Source: Pseudobdellovibrionaceae bacterium (GTDB taxonomy: Bacteria > Bdellovibrionota > Bdellovibrionia > Bdellovibrionales > UBA1609). From it: a DNA stretch of 64,000 nucleotides. Under the pieces are notes generated by a model. That model saw only the letters and a list, made by a program, of their open reading frames with translations. It searched no databases and had not been told where the DNA came from. Made by a program: the position numbers and the translations under genes. The DNA is taken from positions 6,235 to 70,234 of the forward strand of contig JACKAN010000015.1 of NCBI GenBank assembly GCA_020635055.1, written 5' to 3'. This document shows, piece after piece, positions 38,333 to 47,576 of this stretch; the first letter of the stretch is position 1, and every line of letters begins with the position of its first letter.

Positions 38333-39157
38333 TCACAGAAGTTTACTTAAAGAAGCACAGTCGCTGCGCAATAGGTAGTCCATGGCTAGTATAGATTTGT
38401 CGAGGGCTTCTTTGAAATAAATAAGATGAGGAGCTGTAATGAGCATTACATTTTTTTGTTTTGTGGATAGGTCTTTTTCAAAGTGTTGTGTGGCATTGCA
38501 TGAAAATAATCCTAAAACGGATAAGGGCTTTTTAATTTTTTTAAAATAATTGAGAATCAAAGAAAAACTGCCATAGCCATTTTTATACTTTGCGAAGTCG
38601 ACTTGATTGTCTTTTTTAATTATAGGTGGGGAAAAATCTGGACCGCCTCCGGCTCGCGAGTGACCATTGTAGAATAAAATATCGGCCTGCTGAAGAGATA
38701 ATAAAAACTCTTTTTTTGCACGCTGGCTCATCCAGGATTGGAAAGGATGGTTGCGATTTTCTTCGTCATCTTCGCTGACAGAACTGTGAATGATCCTTAA
38801 ATTAATTTTTTTGCCATTCCATTGTTTATTAAAAAGATAGGCGTCTTTTTTATCTCTTTCAAAGCCACAGAGAACATTGTTGTCTATACATTTTTGAGTG
38901 AGGTGATAAATGACCACATTTCGTTCATAACGGTCACCAACGAAACGAGCGGGGCGAGCATCTTTATAGCCAATAATATATGTGATATTGATTTTAGCTT
39001 TCTTTTGTAAATAAGAAGTTGTGTTTTCACAGGAATTTCCAGATATAGTGGCGGCAGCCATAAAGCTTAATGTTTGAATAAACATTAGTAATGCGAAACA
39101 CATAGCCTTTGAGATATTTTTCCAATAAATAACTTTATAGATTTTAGGAGCTACCAA
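38333..39157 (-). CDS. secreted hypothetical protein with caspase-fold-like His...Cys order
   Basis: Signal/TM (FALLMFIQTLSFMAAA), ..ILFYNGHSRAGGGPDF.. then ..VLGLFSCNATQHF... The His-Gly...Cys order resembles clan CD peptidases. Weak. Confidence 0.45.
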   Translation of the reverse strand: MVAPKIYKVIYWKNISKAMCFALLMFIQTLSFMAAATISGNSCENTTSYLQKKAKINITYIIGYKDARPARFVGDRYERNVVIYHLTQKCIDNNVLCGFERDKKDAYLFNKQWNGKKINLRIIHSSVSEDDEENRNHPFQSWMSQRAKKEFLLSLQQADILFYNGHSRAGGGPDFSPPIIKKDNQVDFAKYKNGYGSFSLILNYFKKIKKPLSVLGLFSCNATQHFEKDLSTKQKNVMLITAPHLIYFKEALDKSILAMDYLLRSDCASLSKLL

Positions 39158-39876
39158 TTGATCTCCTTAGAGTTTTTTTTCTCTAGGCAAAGCTTTCTGA
39201 CGTACTTATTCTTATCTTTTTCACAAGAGGAAAAATCAATAAAATAATAAGGAAGTGAGTAAAGCACTTGCAAACGAATCTGATACCAAGGGCTAGCTAA
39301 GGCGATACTCGCTAAACTCTTGAACTCCTTATTGCTAAACTGACCCTTGAGTCGTCGTAAATAATTAAGAGTGCTGGATTGAATTTCGAAGTTTCCATTG
39401 CTCAGCCAATTTTCAATGAGTGCTATTTCTAATTTGTATTTCATGCGCCCAAGAGTATCCATCATAATAATTCTTGCAGGTAGGGAAGCATCGCTATTTT
39501 TCAAGCGCAAAGCATATAAGCCAATGAGCGACTCCCGCGAGTTTTTAGTAATAAGAGAGTTCATTGCCAAATAAAGGTGTCCGGTTTGATCTTCTTTAGA
39601 GTACTTAACCAGTATGTCCATCATACTATAAAGTTTTAAAGAGGCGATGATATCAGCAGCTAATTCCCTGTTTTGATTGCTTTGAATGGCTTGTATGAGT
39701 TCGGCTCGCAAATGGGGGTAGAGTTTTAAAGATTCAATAGAAGATTTCTGTACAGTCCAACTTTCACCAAAAAGGCGTTTGCCATATTCTGTCCAATGTC
39801 GAAGTTCCGTGGCTTTTTTTGTAGCCCCCAAAGTTACAGCCCCATAACCAAAAAAAATGAAAACTAACCAACGCAT
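39151..39876 (-). CDS. secreted helical-repeat (HEAT/ARM-like) protein
   Basis: Signal peptide (MRWLVFIFFGYGAVTLGA) and repetitive helical hairpins. Overlaps the downstream gene by 7 nt. Confidence 0.45.
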   Translation of the reverse strand: MRWLVFIFFGYGAVTLGATKKATELRHWTEYGKRLFGESWTVQKSSIESLKLYPHLRAELIQAIQSNQNRELAADIIASLKLYSMMDILVKYSKEDQTGHLYLAMNSLITKNSRESLIGLYALRLKNSDASLPARIIMMDTLGRMKYKLEIALIENWLSNGNFEIQSSTLNYLRRLKGQFSNKEFKSLASIALASPWYQIRLQVLYSLPYYFIDFSSCEKDKNKYVRKLCLEKKNSKEINW

Positions 39877-39962
39877 CCAAAAATTGTAACACTTTTGGGT
39901 TCCAGGTCCTATTGCTTATTACAGTATGTCATAAGGTATGGTTTTTGCTCTGAATATAGCTT

Positions 39963-40925
39963 GTGTTAATTTACAGTATGGTTGCTTATTATATAGGCTT
40001 TCAGAGCCTGGAATTGTTTAGGTTTTTTGCAAGAAAATCGTTTTTTGTAGTTGCTATACTATTATGTTGTTTTCCCACTATGGCTAAAGATATTGATATC
40101 ACGAATTTCTATAAAAATTTGGGGATTGAAAACTTAAGTCAAATCCTTGTTCCTGAAGTTAAAGTTGATCCTATCGACTTGTTGGTAAGTCATTGGGCAC
40201 AACGCGAAAAGGGCAGTTCTAATCAAAAAGCTAGAGTTACAAATCACAAAGTAGATTATATTAAAAAAAGAGTGGAGTTTAGAAATTTAAAAGGAATAAA
40301 GGTTACGGGATTTTTGTTAACTCCAGTTGGCCCAAATTTACCCCGCCAATTACCTACGGTGATTTTTCACCATCAAGAAGGAGCCCCTAAAAAATTAGGC
40401 TCTGAAGAAATCTTCTCTAGAGATCAAACTTGGCAGTGGGCTGAGTTATTGATGAATCAGGGTTACATGGTTTTAGCTATAGATAGTTTAGATCATGGGC
40501 AGCGTTTTCATGATGAAGAGGTTGATTATATTAAATATTGGAACTTGCATCGTCATCAAATTCAATTATTGGATGATATTCAGGCGTACTTATTTTTAAG
40601 AAAAACAAAGTCAGTGGGCAATATTGCAATTTTAAATGTTTCCACTTCCACTGAACGCAGTCAAAGGCTCCAAGAGGCGTTGGTATCAGAAGAGAAGTTG
40701 CCACTAGTGCAGTGGTCACAAAGCGAGTGGCCTAACATTGATGCCTACGAGCTTGTGAAAAAATTGAACTTGCATTTACTAAATAGCCCCCATAAACCAA
40801 GGCTTTCCAATGCATTTTTTCTGAAAATGATAAATCAGATTCAACAAAAAAGAATTTATGGCGTACATTGTAATGAGACTCTCAACAACAATTCATTATC
40901 CCCAGAGCAGGGCGTGTTATTTTAA
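39963..40925 (+). CDS. hypothetical secreted protein (alpha/beta-hydrolase-like)
   Basis: TM/signal, ..VIFHHQEGAP..MVLAIDSLDHGQR.. resembling the dienelactone-hydrolase-type N-terminal half. No clear nucleophile elbow. Confidence 0.4.
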   Translation: MLIYSMVAYYIGFQSLELFRFFARKSFFVVAILLCCFPTMAKDIDITNFYKNLGIENLSQILVPEVKVDPIDLLVSHWAQREKGSSNQKARVTNHKVDYIKKRVEFRNLKGIKVTGFLLTPVGPNLPRQLPTVIFHHQEGAPKKLGSEEIFSRDQTWQWAELLMNQGYMVLAIDSLDHGQRFHDEEVDYIKYWNLHRHQIQLLDDIQAYLFLRKTKSVGNIAILNVSTSTERSQRLQEALVSEEKLPLVQWSQSEWPNIDAYELVKKLNLHLLNSPHKPRLSNAFFLKMINQIQQKRIYGVHCNETLNNNSLSPEQGVLF

Positions 40926-40937
40926 ACAAATTAACTC

Positions 40938-40975
40938 AAAAAAAGCAGAGAATTTAAAAATTCTCTGCTTTTTTT
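40938..40975. terminator. bidirectional intrinsic terminator
   Basis: A7-gcagagaatt-taaa-aattctctgc-T7, between convergent genes. Confidence 0.75.
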
Positions 40976-41001
40976 ATTTAGATAAAAATTTTAATTTAAT
41001 A

Positions 41002-41301
41002 CTACTTTAATGTGCTGTAGTAAGCAGCCAAGTCTTGCATGTCCTTATCAGAAAGCGTTTTGGCTTGTCCAGACATAACAGGATCTTTTCGTTTGTCGGT
41101 TTTAAAATCATTCAATTGCTTAGCTAAATAGCCAGCTTTTTGTCCTTTTAGGCTGGGCCACAAATCATTGGTGCTTACACCATTAGCACCATGGCAAGCC
41201 GCACAGGTTGTAGCTTTTTTGGCACCGGCTTTAGCATCCCCTTTGGCAAAGCTGAGGGGTGCCGTTAATGTGATCGCTAATAATACAATTATACTTTTCA
41301 T
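41002..41301 (-). CDS. monoheme class I c-type cytochrome
   Basis: Signal peptide, one CAACH heme site, distal Met (DPVMSG). Cytochrome c4/c553-like unit. Confidence 0.85.
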   Translation of the reverse strand: MKSIIVLLAITLTAPLSFAKGDAKAGAKKATTCAACHGANGVSTNDLWPSLKGQKAGYLAKQLNDFKTDKRKDPVMSGQAKTLSDKDMQDLAAYYSTLK

Positions 41302-41315
41302 TTTTGACTCCGTTT

Positions 41316-42413
41316 TTATTGTGTTTTTAATTCGCTAATATATTTTGCTAAACTTTCAATGTCTTTGTCATCAATTTGATCGGCAACTCCTGACATAATT
41401 GCATTTTTACGAATTCCAGTGCTAGTTTTAAAAGCACGCAATTGATTGGCTAAATACTCAGCCTTTTGACCACGGATGCGTGGACCCATACTTTCGGCCT
41501 GACCCGTATGACAGCCAAGACAATTGTTAAACTTTCCGTCGGAATCTTCTTTTGTACCTTGATTGGCTTCCATTTTGGAAAAATGTTGAGCCACTAATTC
41601 AATTTGTGCCTCAGTAAGGTCTTGAGTAATTAAATTCATAATATGGGCAGGGGTAGAATCTTTGCGAGCCACAACATTTAAGTCGGAACCCTGGATTACT
41701 AATTCCCCTTTTTCATCCATTCTGACCTGTTTAAAAGCTTTGAGTTGCTGAGAAATGTATGCCGCCGAGAGTCCAGCCAAATTGGGAACACTATTGGTTT
41801 TGCTGGTCTCATCGATCTCGCTGATACCGGTAACTCCATGACAAGCTGTGCAGCTGCTGATGGTGTTAAATTTCTCTTCATCGGAAAGTTGGTCTAACTC
41901 TGCTTTTGATATTTTATCAGAAGAAGCAGATGCTGGGGCGGTGGTTTTATCACCAACAGCTACTTTTTTAGTTTTTGGCGCCTTTGCTTTCCCTGTTTGG
42001 GTTTTTGCTACTTTTTGTTGATATAAAAAGGCAAGGGCGTAATCGCGAATTTGTGCCCTCTCTTCGTCTGAAAGGCTATTTTTTAAAAAAGCTTCCATGG
42101 CTGCCGGTACATTTTTCTTTTCCCAAATAAACTCAATCAGTGTGCCTTTTATAATTGTAGCTTCTAGTTTGGCTTGATTGGTATGCCAATCATGGCAAGC
42201 ACCGCATTTGTTTTGTAATAGTGTTTGAATGTCTTGGTAGGAGGGGCCGATAATTGTTTTATCAGATTCTTGCGAAACACCACCCTTATTGGACCCAGTT
42301 GGTTGAGTTTTTAAGGGCTGATGGGGCCCCTTATTGTCACATGCCGAAAATAATACAAGGGCTGTTATAAAAATAAAGCCATAACTTACTGATTTTCCTA
42401 AATTACGAATCAT
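41316..42413 (-). CDS. triheme c-type cytochrome lipoprotein
   Basis: Lipobox (LVLFSAC) and three CxxCH sites (CGACH, CTACH, CLGCH). The last unit is paralogous to the adjacent monoheme gene. Confidence 0.85.
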   Translation of the reverse strand: MIRNLGKSVSYGFIFITALVLFSACDNKGPHQPLKTQPTGSNKGGVSQESDKTIIGPSYQDIQTLLQNKCGACHDWHTNQAKLEATIIKGTLIEFIWEKKNVPAAMEAFLKNSLSDEERAQIRDYALAFLYQQKVAKTQTGKAKAPKTKKVAVGDKTTAPASASSDKISKAELDQLSDEEKFNTISSCTACHGVTGISEIDETSKTNSVPNLAGLSAAYISQQLKAFKQVRMDEKGELVIQGSDLNVVARKDSTPAHIMNLITQDLTEAQIELVAQHFSKMEANQGTKEDSDGKFNNCLGCHTGQAESMGPRIRGQKAEYLANQLRAFKTSTGIRKNAIMSGVADQIDDKDIESLAKYISELKTQ

Positions 42414-42563
42414 CTTTAGATCCTTTCTTTCAGTTGCTAAAACTAAAGGGCAATATCCGGGCCAATTCTATATTTAAGTTAATAAAACCAAATAAAAATC
42501 CAACTAAGTTAATGACAAGTATTCATTCTCCCATTAAAAACTCATTTGCAACTTCGCGGAGGT

Positions 42564-43781
42564 ATGTTTGTGAATTTTACAGTTAGAAGTCAGGGTTTCT
42601 ATGCCTTTTTTGTCTCAATATTTTTGTTGTTATCACAAAATGTCGAAGCCAGGCCGGAGTTTGCACTTCGTCATAATTTAAATCGTTGTACAAGCTGTCA
42701 TTTTAGTCCTGCCGGGGGAGGTCTTAAGACCACAACAGGCAAGTTGTATGGGGCTCATGGATTTAAAATTTCAAAATATGCTAGCCAAGATTTTGTGAGC
42801 GCAGAGATGCGCATGGCCCATTACAATCCCAGCAATCGAAAAAGTGATCGCTCCGGCTTATTTATGATGTCGGGCATTGTTGGCGGTTCTATTGCCATCA
42901 CCCCCGAAGAAGAAAATACAGAAGTGAGAGCCGTGATTTCCCATGACATTTACAATTCCAGCGCTTGGGACAGTTACTTAAGGTGGAGATTTTTCGATGA
43001 CACAGAGACGTCTTGGGCACCACAATACATATTAGTAGGGAGGTTTCATGCTCCTTTTGGCTTGTTAACAGATGAACATCGCACATATACGAAATTACAA
43101 ACACTTTCAAATTACAATTTAAAATTAGAAGCTGGAGCCATGTTATCCGGACAGCCCTTTGAAGCTTTTCACTATGATTTAGCTGTTGTTAATGGAGAAG
43201 CCTCCAATGCGGCCTTAGCACCAGGAAATGCCGAACTTTGGGGAGGCGTTTCTAATTTTCGCTTTTCGTCATCATCTCGTTGGTTTCCTGTGACGGTGGG
43301 GATGAGTTACAAATTTCATGATAGATTAGAGGGTCAAAAAAACCCCTGGGCGGGAGCTCTGTATGGGATGTTTTCTTTGGAAAGATTCACTCAAGGACGT
43401 ATTAAGGCCGATGTAATATTTGAATATGCCAATGCTAAAAACTTTAATGATAAGGCCTCAACATCGGCAGGATTTCCTGTGGATGCCACATATAAAGCCA
43501 ATATCTTAGATGCAGAGTCAGAGGGTATATACAGCCAAGTGAATTTCTTTTTAACTGAGAAACTCATTTTGCAAGTTAAATATGATAGATGGTTATTTAA
43601 TAAAGATTTTCCTGCAGATGCCTTTGAGAAATTGGGTTATGGATTAAAACATTATTTTGAAGCTAATAGCTTAATAATGCTTAGATTTGAAAGTTCAAGA
43701 ATTGGTCGCCCAGAAGAGCAGGTGGCACCTCATCACAGAGCTGATGATGCCGCTTGGGTTTATATGCAGGTGGGGATATAA
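42564..43781 (+). CDS. putative outer-membrane beta-barrel protein with N-terminal CxxCH heme-binding motif
   Basis: GGAGG lies 2 nt before the ATG at 42564. Signal peptide (..LLLSQNVEA), then CTSCH 16 residues after the cleavage site, then about 370 aa of alternating amphipathic strands. Confidence 0.55.
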   Translation: MFVNFTVRSQGFYAFFVSIFLLLSQNVEARPEFALRHNLNRCTSCHFSPAGGGLKTTTGKLYGAHGFKISKYASQDFVSAEMRMAHYNPSNRKSDRSGLFMMSGIVGGSIAITPEEENTEVRAVISHDIYNSSAWDSYLRWRFFDDTETSWAPQYILVGRFHAPFGLLTDEHRTYTKLQTLSNYNLKLEAGAMLSGQPFEAFHYDLAVVNGEASNAALAPGNAELWGGVSNFRFSSSSRWFPVTVGMSYKFHDRLEGQKNPWAGALYGMFSLERFTQGRIKADVIFEYANAKNFNDKASTSAGFPVDATYKANILDAESEGIYSQVNFFLTEKLILQVKYDRWLFNKDFPADAFEKLGYGLKHYFEANSLIMLRFESSRIGRPEEQVAPHHRADDAAWVYMQVGI

Positions 43782-44213
43782 TTGCTAAGTTACCAGCAGG
43801 AAAATTCTCATTTAGTTGTTTTATCTAAGGGTGAAGCTTTTATAGCTGGCCTTACAGAATACTGTAAAGAGCATAGTGTAAAAGGCGCATTTTTTAACGC
43901 AATTGGCGCCTTAGAAAATGTGGAGTTGGGTTACTACGATTTACACAATCAAACTTATGTTAGAAAAACCTTTAGCGATGGGGATTATGAATTGGTATCG
44001 GCCCATGGCAATTTGACTTTAAAAAATGGCGAGCCCTATGTGCATATTCATGCTTCCATCTCTGGCCCGGACTTTCAAGTTTTTGGTGGTCACTTGTTTG
44101 AAGCCACAGTGGCTGTCACCGCAGAGGTGCAATTGACTCCCTTGGAGACTTTTGCGGTGAGAGAACCGAATAAGTCCATTGGGCTAGATCTTATTTGTCG
44201 ATTTCACAAATAA
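43782..44213 (+). CDS. PPC (DUF296) domain protein
   Basis: ..GALENVELGYYD..YELVSAHGNL..PYVHIHASISGPDFQVFGGHL.. matches the PPC/DUF296 pattern. A TTG start directly abuts the upstream stop. Confidence 0.7.
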   Translation: MLSYQQENSHLVVLSKGEAFIAGLTEYCKEHSVKGAFFNAIGALENVELGYYDLHNQTYVRKTFSDGDYELVSAHGNLTLKNGEPYVHIHASISGPDFQVFGGHLFEATVAVTAEVQLTPLETFAVREPNKSIGLDLICRFHK

Positions 44214-44292
44214 AATATCCAAGATGTTAGCACGACAGTTATCTTAAAAAAGTCCTGATCCAAAATGTTTTTTGGTCTTTTGTCGGTGAATA

Positions 44293-45627
44293 TTGTTAAA
44301 TACAAGGATGGGGATTAAAACATTTCAATATTTACTGAAATTTATAGTTTTTGTTATTTGTAATTATTGTTACTCTTTTAAAGTCTTGGCTGAAAATAGA
44401 GTTACTTTAGGTCAAGTGAATGCTCCTTTTTTAAATGTATTTTCATCTACCGAAAGTCGATCCCATTCTTTATGTAAAATAGAAAAGGGCATGGAGCTTC
44501 CTATCAATAAAGTGAGTTCTGATGGAAAGTGGTACCAGATTTCACTAAAAAACATAAAAAATTGCAAAAAAAAATATGGCTGGGTACCCACTTATCCTTA
44601 TTTTACACCAGTTAAAGAAACTGCTGATGCTTATGTAGTTAACTCCCCCCAAGGACTCGAAGTGAGGAGTGGTCCCCAAAAAGATGATAAAGTTTTATGT
44701 AAGCTCCAAAATTATGATCCCATCGATATTGTTGGGCCATCCAAAGAGAGTGAAGATATTTTAATAGTGAAACTAAGGTATCATAATGAGTGTTTAAAAA
44801 GTAAATATAAAGAAGATTATGCTCAGGATATAAATGAGGAATTAGTTAAAAAGAAAGCTAGTAGTGAAACTAAAACTCGTGAAGAAGTTATTGATGGAAA
44901 TACATCAATTGATAAAACTAAAAATATATCTATTGAAGATATAGAGCAAATAAAAGCTACAGATAAGACTAAAGCTACACAAAAAACTACGGATATAGAT
45001 ATACATTCAAGCATTGGCTATGTCCCTAAAGATCAAGTTATGGAGATGGAGCCCATTGTACCCAGCGATGAGGAACTTGAGAAGGAAGAGTTCACAGAGG
45101 CGCAAGGACCTTGTTTGGATTGTGCTAAAAGTAAAATTATAAAAGAGGCCATTGATAGCAAGAAACTAAGTTTAGAGGCAGCTATAAAATCCTATTCTTC
45201 GAGTGATCAAGTGAAAAATATGATTCATTACGCCATGAGGAAGAAAAAAAGGGCAAGTGCTGGTGTGTGCTATATGTTTGTGAAAAATGCATTGCTAGCT
45301 TCTGGTTTAACTGCAAAGAGATCGGGAGAAAGGCGTGCTAAAAATGCTGGGTCCAGCTTAAAGGCCGAAGCTTATATAAATTTAATGGATGAACCCGATT
45401 GGAAGAATAGAATTAAGTCACCCTATGATGCTCCCAAGGGGGCAATTTTAGTTTATAATGGGGGACCATCAGGGCATATTGAAATTAAAACAGGAGATAT
45501 AGGTGAGGGAGGATTTGTTAGTGATTACTACAGTCCCAATGCACGCACTGGGATATCTAAAAACAAAAACGTGGGTCGGGGTCGTCGTTTAATTGGCGTT
45601 TATATAAAGCCAGGAGTTCAATCGTGA
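44293..45627 (+). CDS. secreted protein: two SH3b-like domains, acidic/Lys linker, C-terminal Cys/His papain-fold (CHAP/NlpC-like) domain
   Basis: Signal (FIVFVICNYCYSFKVLA), SH3-like (..DGKWYQISL..GWVPTYPYF; ..GLEVRSGPQKDDKVLCKL..), C-terminal ..SAGVCYMFVKNAL.. and ..GGPSGHIEIKTG... Confidence 0.55.
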   Translation: MLNTRMGIKTFQYLLKFIVFVICNYCYSFKVLAENRVTLGQVNAPFLNVFSSTESRSHSLCKIEKGMELPINKVSSDGKWYQISLKNIKNCKKKYGWVPTYPYFTPVKETADAYVVNSPQGLEVRSGPQKDDKVLCKLQNYDPIDIVGPSKESEDILIVKLRYHNECLKSKYKEDYAQDINEELVKKKASSETKTREEVIDGNTSIDKTKNISIEDIEQIKATDKTKATQKTTDIDIHSSIGYVPKDQVMEMEPIVPSDEELEKEEFTEAQGPCLDCAKSKIIKEAIDSKKLSLEAAIKSYSSSDQVKNMIHYAMRKKKRASAGVCYMFVKNALLASGLTAKRSGERRAKNAGSSLKAEAYINLMDEPDWKNRIKSPYDAPKGAILVYNGGPSGHIEIKTGDIGEGGFVSDYYSPNARTGISKNKNVGRGRRLIGVYIKPGVQS

Positions 45628-46046
45628 AAGTAAAACAGACTTCAAAAATATTTTTAATTAATCTAATTTTAGTATTTTCTTTTGCAAGCTCACAAGAGTC
45701 CTTTGCCCAGAGTATATCTAAACACATTGAAAAACTACAGGCTTACATTGTATCGAATTCTAAAAATCCAGAATTGGATAATGGATACGAACTTGTTAAA
45801 AATGCAGTACATTCTGCCATAACTTCTAACATAAATGACGAGCAGTTAAAGAGTCTATACGAAGTAGTATATATCTTATTAGAAGCCGATCCCTCCCATT
45901 ATGCAGCGGAAGTGGTTTACCCCTTGTACCAACAAAAAAACTCACAGAGTTTAAAAGCCATAAATACTTTAACTGATAAAAAACAAGAATTAATCAAAGC
46001 CTCAATGAGAAACTTTATTCGCGAATTAAAAGAGGGCAATGGCTAG
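45624..46046 (+). CDS. small secreted helical protein, translationally coupled to the upstream gene
   Basis: GTG start overlaps the upstream TGA (GTGA at 45624-45627). Signal peptide (..LILVFSFASSQESFA). Confidence 0.5.
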   Translation: MKVKQTSKIFLINLILVFSFASSQESFAQSISKHIEKLQAYIVSNSKNPELDNGYELVKNAVHSAITSNINDEQLKSLYEVVYILLEADPSHYAAEVVYPLYQQKNSQSLKAINTLTDKKQELIKASMRNFIRELKEGNG

Positions 46047-46109
46047 AGCCTGCTCATTGTTGCAGCGCTCAGTCATGGCATATCAATAAACTTTTGTTAA
46101 AATTCAGTC

Positions 46110-47576
46110 ATGACAAATTCTACCTTGAATAATTCTACGATAAGACCAGCGAGCCAACTTATCCCTCTTAAAAAGGGCAGTCACATACATCTTATGGGCA
46201 TTTGTGGAACAGCCATGGGCAGTTTAGCCGGACTACTTAAGGATCAAGGTTTTAAAGTGACGGGGAGTGATCAAAATATTTATCCACCCATGTCAACACA
46301 ATTAAATGAATTGGGCATTGAAATATTTCAAGGATATAAAGCAAAAAACTTAGAGCCTCGTCCTGATTTAGTGATCGTTGGCAATGTGATCTCAGCACAT
46401 TTTGAAGAAGCACAAGCCCTTTTGGATTCGGACATTCCCTATACCTCTTTACCCGCGGCTCTTGGCGAGTGGGCCATTGGCCATCGCTGCAGTTTGGTGG
46501 TGGCTGGTACCCATGGCAAGACGACTACAACATCTATGTTAGCCTGGACGGCCGAAGAGTGTGGAAAAAAACCAGGGTTTTTGATTGGGGGAGTGCCATT
46601 AAATTTTCCGAGATCCTTCCGCAATCCCCCTTCTGAAAATAACAGCAGTGAATATTTTGTTATTGAAGGTGACGAGTACGACACGGCATTTTTTGATAAA
46701 GTGCCCAAGTTTATTCACTACCGTCCTAAATTCGTTATTTTAACAAGTATCGAATTTGATCATGCAGACATTTATAATAATTTGGACGAAATACTTTCTG
46801 CTTTTAAAGAGCTTTTGTCCTTGATTCCAGAAGATGGATGTTTGGTATACAATGCTGAAGATAAAAATATTAAAAAAATTCTCAGTCATTGCAAGGCAAA
46901 AACAGTGAGCTATGGATTGAACCAAGGGGACTACCAGGTCAAAAATAGAGAAAACATAGTGGGTCGCAATCAATTTTCAGTTTTACATAAAAACAGGCGA
47001 ATTGCAGATATAGCTTTAAAGCATTTTGGCTCCCACAATACAATGAATGCTCTGGCCACCTTTGCCCTTGCTCACCAATTGAACTGGCCAAGCCACAAAA
47101 TTATGCAAGCCTTAGCCAATTTTAAAGGTGTTAAAAGAAGGCAAGAAATAATTGGCGAAGTTCATGGAATCACTATGGTGGAAGATTTTGCTCATCATCC
47201 AACAGCCGTTGAGTTAACAATCTCTTGTATGAGAGAACAATTTCCTGGTCGGAGAGTGATAGCCATTTATGAGCCCCGATCCGCCACTTCCCGCAGAAAC
47301 ATATTTGAAGACCAATACATAGAAGCATTTAAACATGCGGATGTGATATTCTTACCCCAAGCTTTTGATCAAGGGAAAATACCTGAAGCGGAAAGGTTTT
47401 CTTCGGAAAGAGTCATTGATAAATTAAAATCACAAAATAAAGAAGCTTTCTTTTGCAAAGACAGTGATGATATTCTTACTCACTTAAAATCTGTTAAGAA
47501 AACAGGAGATGTTATCTTAATTATGAGTAATGGTGGATTTAATGGAATTTACACCAAAATTTTATCACTGCTGTAA
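46110..47576 (+). CDS. mpl: UDP-N-acetylmuramate:L-alanyl-gamma-D-glutamyl-meso-DAP ligase (murein peptide ligase)
   Basis: HLMGICGTAMGSLAGLLKDQGFKVTGSD N-terminus, Mur ligase P-loop VAGTHGKTTTTSM and central/C-terminal Mur domains. Confidence 0.9.
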   Translation: MTNSTLNNSTIRPASQLIPLKKGSHIHLMGICGTAMGSLAGLLKDQGFKVTGSDQNIYPPMSTQLNELGIEIFQGYKAKNLEPRPDLVIVGNVISAHFEEAQALLDSDIPYTSLPAALGEWAIGHRCSLVVAGTHGKTTTTSMLAWTAEECGKKPGFLIGGVPLNFPRSFRNPPSENNSSEYFVIEGDEYDTAFFDKVPKFIHYRPKFVILTSIEFDHADIYNNLDEILSAFKELLSLIPEDGCLVYNAEDKNIKKILSHCKAKTVSYGLNQGDYQVKNRENIVGRNQFSVLHKNRRIADIALKHFGSHNTMNALATFALAHQLNWPSHKIMQALANFKGVKRRQEIIGEVHGITMVEDFAHHPTAVELTISCMREQFPGRRVIAIYEPRSATSRRNIFEDQYIEAFKHADVIFLPQAFDQGKIPEAERFSSERVIDKLKSQNKEAFFCKDSDDILTHLKSVKKTGDVILIMSNGGFNGIYTKILSLL

